Shown here piece after piece: positions 1-12,400 of a stretch of 50,095 nucleotides of DNA. Each line of letters begins with the position of its first letter. Within the stretch, counting starts at the first letter, position 1. The notes under the pieces are model-generated. The model searched no databases and was not told where the DNA came from. It saw nothing but the letters and a program-made list of their open reading frames with translations. A program made the position numbers and the translations under genes. This DNA comes from Girardia tigrina (Eukaryota): the NCBI GenBank assembly GCA_001938485.1, contig MQRK01226795.1:24680-74774 (forward strand). Reading direction: 5' to 3'.

Positions 1-829
1 ATATACAATATTTTTCAACATTTATTAATAATAAAATTAGAATGAAATTTACTATGAGAAGATAATTAAAATTTTCATTTCGCCTAATAATTACGGATTT
101 TTTAATTCGAAATTTTTTCAAAATTAAATAATTCAAAAACTTTTAAAATTTAAAAAAGTTAAAAATGATTTTTTAAAAAACAAACAACAATTAAACAATT
201 ATATAAAACTAAAAAATGTTTTCATAAATAATAATTAAGATATTTTAATAGTTAAATAATTAATTAAAGTTTAAAAATATGAATTTAAAAAAAAATTTGT
301 GTTGCGTATGAATTGCGAACTTGCTGATAATGAAAGTGACATAAATGCTACTAAAATTTATAACAATTCTTAACAACTCTTTCTGGGTGTGAGGAATATT
401 TAAAATTGTATGCAGTATGGTTGATTTGAATATGTTGTATATTTTTGTGTTTATACAAATTGACAATTCTGACATAATAAAAATAATGATAATGAAATGA
501 TAATAATTTTATTATTTAAAATTTTTGAAATTAACAATAAAAATCAATTTTAATATTTTTTTAAAAAAAGTATTTAAATGGTTATGAAATAAAATAAAGA
601 ATTATAATTTTTTTAAAAAAATATTTCTATACCATTTCCCGTTCAATTTGAACATTTTATTTTTCAAATTGAACATTTTACCAATTAATCGCAACATTTT
701 ATTATTTAAATTGAACATGTATAAAATAAAAAAAACAAGATATAATAATAGTTTATTAATATATTAACAACTCATAATAACAACTTGTTTAATGATGAAC
801 ATATGGCAATTCAGCTGCGCAGTTTATAA

Positions 830-1858
830 TATTTCGAAGAATGTTCTTAAAATATACCGCACTATCTGACGCCGTGATGTTATGGGTTCAGACAACAATA
901 ATCCATTAGTCCCCAACCTTAATTTTGATCTTACACCATTCTTAATTTTTGAAAAAGCATTTTCAATAGGGTTAAATATATAAGAATAAGGTGAAATGAA
1001 TTTAAATTCAAAATTAAATTTTGAAGTTATTCTTTAAATTTCTTTTTTTATGTATTCTGGCGTTATCCATTATTAAACAAGCTTTTTGCATATGAAGAAC
1101 ATCTCTCAAATAGCAACATAGTTCCGTAATATATTCAGTAAAAATATTAGCATTTACGGTAGAGTTAGCAATTGTTTTGAAATATCCCATTCTGTTGATT
1201 GTCATGCTTGCAATTAAAGAAATTGATCTACCTCTTACTGTTGGTGTTGATACTATAGCACGAGTTCCTTGCTTCGATCTCACATGAGATCTTTTTAAAT
1301 GTAAATTAAATTTATCGACGAGAAATTAAATTTATCCCCTGAGAAATCATTGTTGAAATGGTTGTTAAACCATAGCGCATATTCCTTTCTCAAAATGATT
1401 TTTTCGACCGAATTAACTCTATCCAGCTCTCTATGGGAAACTTTCATAGTTATTTTTAGTTATTCTAGGCATCTATTAATGCTAGAAATTGATATCGAAA
1501 TTTTCGGATCAGCTGCTTGCTCAAGCTTTTCTTTAATTTCTTTAAGTGTAAACTGTGGGTTAAATGTAACGATCTTCTCAATTTTGTTTATATTATGCAC
1601 TGTGAAAACTATTCTTACTGAACCACCTTTGAGGTTAACAATATTGTGCTTGTTAAATTTATTGACTATTACTCTTGCTGAATTATAGTTAATTTGAACG
1701 ATCTCTGATGATTCTAATATACTTTGTCCTTGTTCACAGACGAGTCTAATTAAGCTTTGAAGTTTTTCATTTGATATTTTAGCATATGAAACTCTTGTTG
1801 GGGTTTGATTTGCAGGATTATCTGTCAAGGTAGTATTGTTCGAATAATTTGAATCCAT
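830..1858 (-). pseudogene. Tc1/IS630-type DDE transposase, frameshifted
   Basis: HTH-like N-terminus (1460-1858); catalytic motifs LIMDNARIH and, in a shifted frame, FISPYSYIFNPIENAFSKIK (D-E spacing about 33-34 after repair). 3' limit approximate. Confidence 0.85.
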
Positions 1859-2001
1859 TTTGATTTTTAAAAAAAGAGTGAAATTTCGTTAAATAAATTT
1901 AAACAAATTAATTTCTTTTTTATATTTCTATATTTAATATTAACCCTAACTTATTTATTAGGTTAGTTATAAGTTAAAATTTTTGATTTAAATTTGTGAA
2001 C

Positions 2002-2161
2002 AAAATGTTGCGATTCATTGGTAAAATGTTCAATGTGAAAAATAAAATGTTGCGATTCATTGGTAAAATGTTCAATTTTAAAAATAAAATGCTGCGATTC
2101 ATTGGTAAAATGTTCAATTTAAAAAATAAAATGTTGCGATTCATTGATAACATGTTCAATT
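2002..2161. repeat. 42-bp subterminal tandem repeat (about 4 copies) of the Tc1-like element
   Basis: Unit AAAATGTTGCGATTCATTGGTAAAATGTTCAATTTAAAAAAT; a related inverted copy lies at about 650-720. Confidence 0.9.
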
Positions 2162-2289
2162 TGACCTGAAATGGTATATAAGTTTAGAAAAAAATTTATA
2201 TCATAAAAACACAGTTGAAAGTGCCCAGAATTTTATAAAATCATACCTTTCTCCAAATAAAAATATTTTGAATCAAATTAGTATGGAAT

Positions 2290-2620
2290 ATTGAAAGACT
2301 GAAACCGATTGTTGAAACCATCATATTTTCTGGAAGACAGAATATATCGTTCTAGGGACAGAGAAATGATGGGAACATAATTATCTAACCAGATATTCAA
2401 CTTATCAATGAAGGAAAGTTTAGAGAGTTCTTTCGTTATAAAAGAAATTGTGGTGACTCTATTTAGGAAGAACATTTAAAAATAGCAACTCAAAAGCTAC
2501 ATGTATTTGTAAAAAAATGCAAATCAATTAATTGGATACGGTGGTGATGATTTACTTAAAAAATTTAGAAAGAGTAATTCAAGTTAAATATTATTACGTA
2601 AGCTTTGATTAAATAACAAA
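2290..2620 (+). pseudogene. hAT transposase fragment (PRKRIR/THAP12-like, DUF4371 region)
   Basis: Broken frames read RLKPIVETIIFSGRQNISF*GQRNDG...NEGKFREFFRYKRNCGD...NSNSKATCI...VKYYYVSFD, matching the N-terminal pattern of this hAT group. Confidence 0.75.
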
Positions 2621-4511
2621 ATGATGAGATCCAAAAGGCTGTGGCACTGTTGTAGAATGCTAGGAATTCGAGGGCTGTAAGGATGACTTGTTTGTTGGAA
2701 CGCAGTTGTGTTGTTGTGTCGTTTGTAGTTGAGATGTGTCGTTTGCGTGTAATGTGTTGTGTTGTGAGCGTGTTTTGGCAGTGTTGCTGCGTCGGTGAGA
2801 GTTTTATTTGGCGTGATGTTTGTAATGTTTGTTGTGGTGTGACGGTGTTTCGAGGGGTGGTTCTAACAGTATTGGTACAAAAGTGGGTTGGATGGACAGT
2901 GTATCTTTAAGATGGTATCATGTTGTGTTACATTCCCTTTGTCGGAGGTAATCATTTTTCCTTTTCCTCGGGATCTCTGTTGTTCGGGTGTGGCTTGATT
3001 CTGCTCTGAACACTATTTGGGGATTCCTTGTAGTTCGCGGGTGTCCATGCTGCGTTAAGTGCCCTTTGTCTAGGGGTAAGCTTTCTTCTTGACGGGGTCG
3101 TTCATGTTGTTGATGAGGTTTGGGTTGTTGTTGTTATTTATGATGACGTTGTTGTGGGTGTTAGTGATATTGTGGTTGTTGTTGCAGTCGTCAGTGTTGT
3201 TGATGTGGTGGACATTCAACCCGAAACCAAGTCGCATCAACATTTTCCCTTTATATCGAACAACCTGATATTTTCACAACCCCTGAGATACAAGCAACTG
3301 TAAATATTCGTTTTTTATAATATATTATGCAAAGATTCGTTCCCATTTGACGCCATTTCCTAAGTTTCTCGTTGCATACATCACTGGTCGCTGAATGACT
3401 TGATACATATTGATTCACCTCCCGGAAATCCAACACTGATCTGAACTTACCCTTACTGTTTTGGACAACAGCCATTAACGGAACGACTCTTCCGCCTTGC
3501 CCGCTAAACTCTTGAAGCCAACCTCCGTGAATCCATCTTCTGACTTCCTCATCAAATTCTTCCTGGATCGCTTGCCTGACGGGATAAAGGACGACATTAT
3601 TTTTTAAGTAAAAACGTTCACCTTCTTCAATTAAGTGTTATTTCACAATCCATTTCTCGCTAATAAACGATACTTCAAAATACTTATCGACGATTTGTGG
3701 CTGCGGTCCCGTCTACTTGCAATAGTCCCTTTAACAGCGGTTTCCCTGACGTCAAACGCCACAATATCAACATTACATACATGTTCCATCTCCGACGATC
3801 TCGTTTCTGCTCCAAAATACACATCACCATTCTCTGTAATACACACATGTTGAGCTTCAACCTCAAATGATTTACTTTATTTTGTTCTTTCTTGTTTTAT
3901 GTGACTTTATTTTATTTTATTTTACTTTTTATTTTATGTTATGTTATTATTGGTAAAAGAACAATATATTTTAGTTGTTTCCTTATTCCATCAATACCTA
4001 TAATCAGATCACACCCTGGCAACTTTTCAACAACCAGACCACTCAGAGTAATCGGAATACCCTAATATCTACATTTATCATACACACTTGTGTGCATTCA
4101 ACCGAATCACCATTCATCAACATAATCTATGTTCGTATCCTCTCAGATTTATAAGATCTGTCGACCTAACGCACAACTATCGATCAACTACAACGTGAGT
4201 CCACAAGTATTCTCACAACCACACCATTCACCTCAACATTAAACTCCGGTAACTGCGCACTATAAGACGGAAAACCAGCTGCGAATATCTGGTTCCCAGG
4301 TATTTGTTTTTTTTGTGGTTTCGAACATCTCTTTGGACACTGGCCAGCCATTTGCTTCTTGTCACCACACAAAAAACGGACTCATTATGGTGCCCCACAG
4401 AATTTTGCCAAATGTCCTAGGTCATTATATTTAAAACATCTTTTCACTAACAGTGGAGCAGTGTCATTCCTCTCATCTGCCATCATTCCGCTTGTATTCA
4501 TTTTTTAGACG

Positions 4512-5492
4512 GGTCGTGGGGCCAATTTATAGGAGAATTTCGTACCATAAATCTGGCTGGCGTTTCTGCGCCATCCCTATCATACATGCGTCAGATTTTA
4601 CCATAGAATGCATCATGTCAATTGGAAAATTATCTACTTTAAAATTACTTTTGTTAATCACCAGCATCCGGGCCCATGAGGATGCGGTCCAAAATTCAAG
4701 CTCCCAATCGTCAGTTGTGGTCATTTGAACGCCAAATGGTTTCGCGCTGCGCATCCAATCAATAATTTTAGTCCGCAAGAGGACTTTTTCTCGTTCTCTT
4801 TCTTCACCATACGGTCGAATTCTTGTTTCTCTGCGAATGGAATTCTGTACTGATGATGAAGAACATGAATTCGTAAAAATCCGGGGATATTCCCGAGAAT
4901 TATTAATAAATTTCTCATTATCCGTATCATTGACAATGAAATTAGTAAAGTTTAAATGATTTTGCCAGTCTTTTGTGGATGTAAAACTGATTGATAATTT
5001 CTCTTTGGAGATCGATTCAAAATTATCCGATTTAACAGATGTGATGGGATGTCCGGTTAAAATCGACGGATATATCCACAGAATCTGGTAGATTTGCGAG
5101 CGGATGGTAAAATCTTTATTTAAGTTACCATTGAAATTCAAATAGAATTGTTGTCCGGCTTGGGTGGATGCGAATTTCATATTATTTTTTTTCATTTAAT
5201 TTAATAATTAAGAAATCAATCGATAAAACCTTTTATTGGTTATCAAACTGTAATTCAAATTAATACAGTTAAACAACTAACATTATTAATCAAATTTTCC
5301 TTTTTTTTACATTTTTATCTTTTTCTTAATAACAAAAGTAATTTTAAGTAAATTCATTTTTTTTCTCTTTCTTTTTAACGATAATTTCTTTAAATAAATA
5401 TAAATATATATATGATCATTGGAATTGGAATTAAATTTCAATTCCAAATTTTTATTTTAAATTTCGATCTCGAACATCAATAATCTCCAACA
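4512..5492 (-). mobile_element. LTR-like cassette carrying a host-like ORF, lying between the two halves of gypsy gag
   Basis: Minus strand starts TGTTGGAG (5492), about 300 bp mostly AT-rich, a 222-codon ORF, then ends ...CCCCACGACC (one mismatch from CACGACA). No TSD is visible. Confidence 0.6.
4527..5195 (-). CDS. 222-aa uninterrupted ORF, probably a mosaic; contains a nuclear-receptor LBD helix 3-5-like segment
   Basis: ATG-to-stop ORF without introns. LLRTKIIDWMRSAKPFGVQMTTTDDWELEFWTASSWARMLVI resembles the LBD signature (hhxWAKxhPxF..DQ..LL..W.ELhhh). No DNA-binding domain and no C-terminal LBD helices. Expression unknown. Confidence 0.45.
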   Translation of the reverse strand: MKKNNMKFASTQAGQQFYLNFNGNLNKDFTIRSQIYQILWIYPSILTGHPITSVKSDNFESISKEKLSISFTSTKDWQNHLNFTNFIVNDTDNEKFINNSREYPRIFTNSCSSSSVQNSIRRETRIRPYGEEREREKVLLRTKIIDWMRSAKPFGVQMTTTDDWELEFWTASSWARMLVINKSNFKVDNFPIDMMHSMVKSDACMIGMAQKRQPDLWYEILL

Positions 5493-6221
5493 TCTGAAAA
5501 TCGTCAATTGCAAAAGCAGATTTTGTGTTTTTTAATGGCATCCGGTAACCATTTTATCACAGCGTATTTAACCCATTCATCACTCGCTTTCATGTCAATT
5601 TAATGAACCAACCATTTGATATTGGCACGTACACGTCCACGAGTTCTTCCTCTGTCTTCCTCCTGCAGCATAGTTCTTCAAATGCCGTAGCCCTGTCAAC
5701 ACAGAACGCTTTCTCCATCAGTTTCTCGTAATCATATTTCTCGTCATATGATAGTCCTTCATAAACAATAAAGGCTCACTTTGACAGAAACAGAGACAAC
5801 ATTAACTTCAATTCCGTTAACTTTTTTTTATTTTACACTGAAATATATGTTATGAATATTTGAACAATAAACCAACATTATTAAGAAATCATAAAAATAA
5901 GTGATATTTTAAGTTGTAAAAATCTACCACAAATCTATCAAATACGTAATTTTAAGTGATCGTCACTCAAGTGACAGAATTCAAAAAAACGTAAAAGTAC
6001 ATTTCTCACAGTTCAATTTGTTAAATGAATTAATTTTATAGATTCTAAATGAATAATTTCTATAAATTGTAAAAATAACAAATATTGAGAAAACAAATAA
6101 TCATTTTCTAAAAACTTTCAGTTTGTTTAAATCGTTCATTTTAATTAATTTTTAAACACTGAAATTTTAAATAGATTAATTTATGACAAATTAAGATTTT
6201 TTTTAACAATAACCAAAACCA

Positions 6222-6429
6222 ATGAGTTCTTTATTGTTTCGACGAATTTGTTGTCATGGTATTCATAAAAGAGGAATTTCCAAGCATCCTTATTTCAAAG
6301 AATGGGCGCATAATTTCGTTGCGAAATTGGAACCGCAAGAAATCGAATTGTTGAAATCGGAAATCAATAAATTGAGCGTTTCTCAAACTCATTCTGATAC
6401 GACCGTTTCGTTTTCTAACCTCAGAAAAA
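6222..6429 (+). CDS. TMEM65: TMEM65 exon 1
   Basis: MSSLLFRR...AHNFVAKLEPQEIELLKSEI...SFSNLRK; donor GTTTGA at 6430; 47-nt intron follows. Confidence 0.85.
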
Positions 6430-9400
6430 GTTTGACGACTTGTAATAAACCGATAATTTTCAATTGAACTAATTAGTTTGTATTGCGTATGGAATCCCGT
6501 TTGTCGGGTTCGGATTGCTAGATAACGGCATCATGATCCTCGCTGTAAGGGACACAGATTTACCTTTTTTATCTGTAGTGTTAATAGGGATGTTCATTTT
6601 GTATTGCCGCCGTTTAGAAAGAATTTTTTTTTCAATTTTTATGAAATCTTTTTAAATGTATTTTTCTTACATTTAAAAGAAAAATTGTTAATTCATTAAA
6701 ATAAACTAATTGAAACTAAAGTTATGAAAACGGACCACTCAAAACTAGAGTTTTTTTCATCGGAACATTTCTTGTTTCATGTTTTTTTCCATTATTTTTA
6801 TTGTATATATATATATATATATTTATATGGGGGCATGACATTTAAGTCTCGAAAATTAAGTCTCAGAAATTAAAATTTAAAAAAATGAAAAATTCAAGTA
6901 AGTTTTAGAAAAAAAATTAATATAATAAAATATAAACATAATTATAAATTTAAAGAAAATATAAATATATATTTTGGCTATGAAGAATTAGTTAATTTTA
7001 ATTTCGCTGATCGATATTAACATAATTAATTATTATTATTTATGATTAAAATCCAATTAAAAACTTTAAGTTAAGTATTTTAAATATTACTTTAAAATTG
7101 AAGTTTTCATTTTTTAAAAATTTACTCAAATTTTGCAATTTTTTTACATTTTACTTGAATTTCTCATTTTTTTCTGAAATTTACTTGAATTTTTCTTTTT
7201 TTTAAATTTTAATTTCTGAGACATATATATATATATATATATATATCCATGGAATTTAGAAACCTATTTTTGAAGGCTTTTTACTCAATCAATTTTCTCC
7301 AATCTTTGCACATTTACTCAATCTCGATGACAATAAATGATTATGTGAAAATTTGATCGAAAAAAAACTTTTTAGGGTCCCAGTATGAGAAAATTCTGAG
7401 TTTCCGAACAATATTAATTGAAAAAGATCTACTTATAAAGTATAAGTAGTTTATATTAATTTTTTATAGTTTGTTTTGAAATTATTTTTTTAATTAAAAC
7501 TTTCTTAGCCAAGTAGAGTTCTGTGTGTATAAAGAATAGATACAAAAAAATTAATATTTTGATTTACTAGTTAATGTATCTGTAATAATAATTTCAGTTG
7601 TGTAGAATTCGGGTCAAATTTAGGGTTAGATGTTAGAGTTATTGATTATGGCTAATTTTTATCCTTAACCAATCCTTACCAATAATCCCTCTTAATCCGA
7701 CTCTAACCCTGATTTTTTAAAATTTAAATACCACGTTGCAAAATGTTTCTGGTGTCAAGTTGTCCTGCTGATCGAAATGTAAATAATTTAATAACTCTAA
7801 AAATTTCGTTTTAAAACATTATTTTTGAATTATAAATTTGTATAATAATAATTTTAATTAAATTTTGAATTTAATTTTTGTAATAAAATTGAAATAAATG
7901 GTAATTAATTTATTATTTATTTCAATTTAGTCTCAAAAATTTCGATTTTTAAACAATCATTTTAAATAATTTTTTGTTAAATTTGAAAGAAAAAGTAAAC
8001 TTCATTAAAAATTAAAGAAGAAATTTTTTCCGAGCAAAATAATCTAGTGCCGAGTTGTCTGTTTCCTAAATGTATGTTTTATTCGAAATATATCTGTAAT
8101 AATCCTTTTAGGAAGTTTAGAAGTTGGGTTAGAGCTCGGGTCAGCTTTATGGTTGGATGTTAGAGTTATGGATTGAGGTTATTTAGGTCGTAAACTAATC
8201 AGAACCTTTACCTTTTATTCTACGTTTAACCATAACCCTTCCCTGACTCTAACCCAAAACTTTTAAAAGTTTACATACACCGGTGCAAAGTTTTCTTGTT
8301 CATCAAATTTTAAATAATATAATAACTTTAAATGTTTTGTTTTAAAACATTATTTTTGGAATTATAAATTTTGTATAATAATTTTTTTTAATTAAATTTG
8401 GAAATGAATTTTTGTAATAAAATTGAAATAAATCATAATTCAAAAAATTTATCATTTTAAAAAAATATATACTTATTTTAATAATAATAATTTTGAACTT
8501 TTAAATAATTTTTAATATTTTAATTGATTTGAATGTTTTGAATATCCTCTAAAATTAATTATTATTTTAGAATAAAAAGATAAAATTAAACATTATTTTT
8601 AATTTTGCGTTTGAAAAATATAATAGTTTCTGAGTTTTAAACATTAATCTGGATTTAAAAATTGAAGATTGTTTTGCAAAGAAATATCAGTGGATCGATT
8701 GGTAGAAAAAGTAGAAAATTTGATTATAATAAAAATAAATAATTGAGCTATTATCAAATCCAATATTGATATAACTAACACATGTTTTATTCGAAATATG
8801 TGTGTGTAATAATCCTTTCAGAAGTTGGGTTAAAGTTCGAATCAGATTTAGGGGTTGAATGTTAGATTTATGGTTAGTTTAGTCCCTAAAAAACCAAAAC
8901 CCTTAACTCGTGTCGGACAACCAGTGCGCCTCGATAACTTGAAACATTTAAAAAATGCCGATGTTTTAAATTTATGTTGATAAAAAGTTAATCTTAAAAA
9001 ATATTTAGAAAAATAAATTGCGGTTAATCAGATGGTTGAATAAAGGAAAGTATTTATTTTTAATGGAAATTGAAATTATCGCTGTTCACAATCATAATAT
9101 TTACACCAGAGATGTCAAAAACACGTCTCGTCTCGTGCAAATATTACATACAAATTTCAGTAAAATTAGGACACACACAGCGCGCTTCTTCAATAATATT
9201 GATATTGTAAGTAGCGTTTCTCGGTGTCAAAAAATACACATGTTACACTATTTGTTCAAATTGACTCGTGTTCAATGGGTGTTTTAGCACATTTGTAATA
9301 TTAATTTGGTGCGCCGACAAAGAAAATATTTGGACTTAATGTGTCGTAACTATAAAGAAGTTGCCTTAAACCTTTTCCTAAATATAACCCTAACAATTAC

Positions 9401-12400
9401 TTTAACCCTTACTCTTACCCAGTGATAGACCAACTATGTACCGTGAGATAATTTTCAAGTGCCGCAGTTGAAAAAAATATGTTTTATAAAACAAAATTAT
9501 GGTTATAAATGCTTTTTGTATTCAAGTCAAAAAAACAAAGTCAAGCCCACCCATCTCATTAAAAATTAAATATAGTAAATTTCTACTATTATTATTCGAG
9601 TTTATAACATTTAAAAAAAATGTCATTATATCTCAATAATTGTATCAAGTTGTCCTACTACCCTAAAATTTATTAGTTTTGTTAGAAATAATTTAAATTA
9701 GAGAGGAACAATCCGCGTATGGTATGTGGTCAGACTCATGTTTGCGTGCTGTCCGTCGAAATTTAATTTTGATTTAAAAAATATTTTTTGAATGTTTAAA
9801 AAGCAAACATTCAAATTTAGAAGAGACATTTTTTTGCAGAAATGGATATATTTAAAAATTTTAAATAAACTTTTTAAGTTTTATCAAAATTAGATGATAG
9901 TCCAAACGTTTCATGATTAACCACCCATGCAATGTAAATCATGACATTTTCCAAAAAAAATAATTGAAAGCTACAACCAGTCAAGTCTATACGTTGTACG
10001 TTTGGAAAGTTGTATAGGAGTTGCTTTTTTGCCTAATTATTTACGACTTCGTTACAAAGAAGCCATCCAGAAAATCTCAATAAATTTGGTTTGTTTTTAT
10101 CTAATAACAATTATGTTTTACTGTTGTTTGCAGTATTTCTTTTCATTTATAAAATTTATGCGTTTTATTTACAATTTTATATGCTTACTAATATGTTTAT
10201 TTTGTTAGTTAAGTGAGTCTTAATGTTTTCAATCTAATGACTAGATCCTAATGTTGATATTTTATTATTTTTCATATTTGAGGCATATTAAGAACACCAA
10301 CATGGGTTTTCAAACTTTTATTCTCATTACAATCAGAATTGTGTTTTGGACAACTCTCAGCAAAACTCTCGTCATTCGACATCGTTCTAAATTGATAATT
10401 TTTTATTAATGTTTGTTAATAGACAATTATTCGAACAAATTTTTCATTATTTTCTGATTTTANNNNNNNNNNNNNNNNNNNNNNNNNNNNNNNNNNNNNN
10501 NNNNNNNNNNNNNNNACATCTAAAATATCAATTTTCCATCTGGGTGGGAGAAACACATTTCCAAATACTAAACTCAACATACAAAATTCAACAAAACAAT
10601 TTCAACATACCAAATTTAAAATATTCCTCACAAGGCACATGAGAAATGTTTTCTTATTAAGGTCATTTATTAAGGTTGCTTATCCATGATTTAGATGGTT
10701 TAATCGCCATCATCAGAACAACACTTATGTAGCGCAGTTTGGCATAAATGTTAGGATCCGAGGATTTTATATATAAAGCATCACATGTCCCTTTCGTCAA
10801 ATAATTCTTAATTTATTTTAAAATAACACCAATTAATTTTTAATAAATAATAATAATAATAAATAAATAAATAATAACAAATATTGAATGGTCATTTCAG
10901 AAGTGATTGTTAAAAAAACTAAAATTTAAACATTCTTTCTTAAATGGATGGGCAATACAGAATCATCCCAAAGAATGATTTTGATTAATTTGTTTTAATT
11001 AGGGTGAATATATCGATTTAAAGCTCGGGGTTGTGTTTGGGATTTCAACGATGGCAGGTTAGATCACTTTTATCGATTGTTCGTATATTTTTTAATTTAT
11101 GTGTGAGGAATGTTTTGAATTGTGTGTTGACATTGTGCATGTTGTATTTTGATTCGGATTGTGTCTCTCCTGCACAGATGGATGATTGGTATTTTCTTTG
11201 ATTCTTACTAATTAAAAATAATTTAATTTAATTTTAAAGTAAAAAGATTTAAAATAATTTTTGAATGTATTATTTATTTTTTAATGTAATTTAAAATTTC
11301 AATATATTAAATGTTTAGAAATGTTTAGATTTAATTTCAGCCAATTACATTCTTTATAATTAATAATTTTTATTAACAGATTTTAATTTATAGAAAATAA
11401 TTAGTTTGAACTCAGAAATAAATTGATCAAGAGAGATGTCAAATAGTGAATGCGCTTGTGATAATAATAAATGTTGCAAAACTCATATTGATGTTGTTAA
11501 TAATATGAAAGCATAAAATAAATTTGACTTGGTTTAAAATCAAGGCTTTGGATTTCGAGTCAATTTTCTTTATTTTATTGAGTTGGAGTCGGTAAAAATT
11601 TCCATTTTGACACAAGCATAAATTTAAAAAGGGATCCCTAAACGCTTAATTTAGGCGTGTATTTGGATTCCCATACGTCTTTAACATCTCACTAATTTCA
11701 TTAAATTTTTCGCTGATATTTGTTGTTACCTGTTCATTTTAATTTATCTGGTACTTGCGATTAGTCTTTAATTATAGGTAAAATGTACTCATAACTGCAA
11801 GTGAACATGACTTATCCATTCCCTCAAAGAGTACTTTATAATTACCTCAACATCTCTGGTTGTGACTTCTTGATCTCTTCTCCATTACAGATTATCTTTT
11901 ACGTGTGTTAGGTCCCGATATATTTGACGAACCCATATTGGAATCGAATTCAAGATGGAGAGTAAACATCATTTTAAAATTTTATTTCGATACAAATTTC
12001 TATTTTTTTAAATGAATTTTCGATGCACAAATTATTTTCTATTCACGATTAATTTACAATTTAAAAATTTTACAGTTTTATAATTTTTAAAATTTTACAA
12101 AATTTTTTTTACAATTTTAAATTATCACGTTCAAAAATTTTCGTGAGCACAAAATCCTAACAACGAGCAAACGAAACACTCATTCTGTCAGTTTGAACAC
12201 AAAATCTAACTTATGAAATATCCTTATCATTTCCTTTTCATCAAATAAAACAACATTATGATATATTGATAGACAATCATATTTTGGATCATATCTTACT
12301 GATTTATCAGATACACTTGGTTATTTCACATAACTGCTTGAAATATTTAACAAATCCAGATTTACCATCTTCTGTAGGTATACGTTCTTCAGATTCATCA

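Larger units (their letters stand above)
630..2176 (-). mobile_element. Tc1/IS630-like DNA transposon, full length, defective transposase
   Basis: Terminal inverted repeats TACCATTTC (630) / GAAATGGTA (2176), each flanked by TA; inverted subterminal repeats; minus-strand transposase in broken frames. Confidence 0.9.
3212..5800 (-). mobile_element. Decayed Ty3/gypsy retrotransposon (gag-protease-RT), interrupted by insertions
   Basis: gag N-part at about 5495-5800 (AFIVYEGLSYDEKYDYEKL..AFCVDRATAFEEL..EELVDVY); degenerate Zn knuckles CFKYNDLGHLAKFC and CGDKKQMAGQC (about 4335-4440); protease VEVNGVVVRILVDSRCS; RT PLMAVVQNSKGKFRSVLDFREVN...GFGLNV. AT-rich insertion at about 3848-3975 and cassette at 4512-5492. 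Confidence 0.9.

Noticed and set aside
1350-1688. Antisense ORFs over transposases and integrase (e.g. 1350-1688, 24663-24917, 31483-31785, 38909-39103, 39258-39533)
   Set aside because: Shadow frames of TE coding sequence on the opposite strand.
1974-2159. 61-aa ORF with a 14-aa repeat
   Set aside because: Read-through of the 42-bp subterminal repeat of the Tc1-like element.
6430-6467. C-terminal tail of the 81-aa ORF at 6222 (likewise the ends of 19870-20052)
   Set aside because: Read-through into TMEM65 introns.
7611-8907. Telomere fusion site
   Set aside because: Hexamers are highly degenerate, short and repeated as part of a larger unit inside an intron; TE substructure is more parsimonious.
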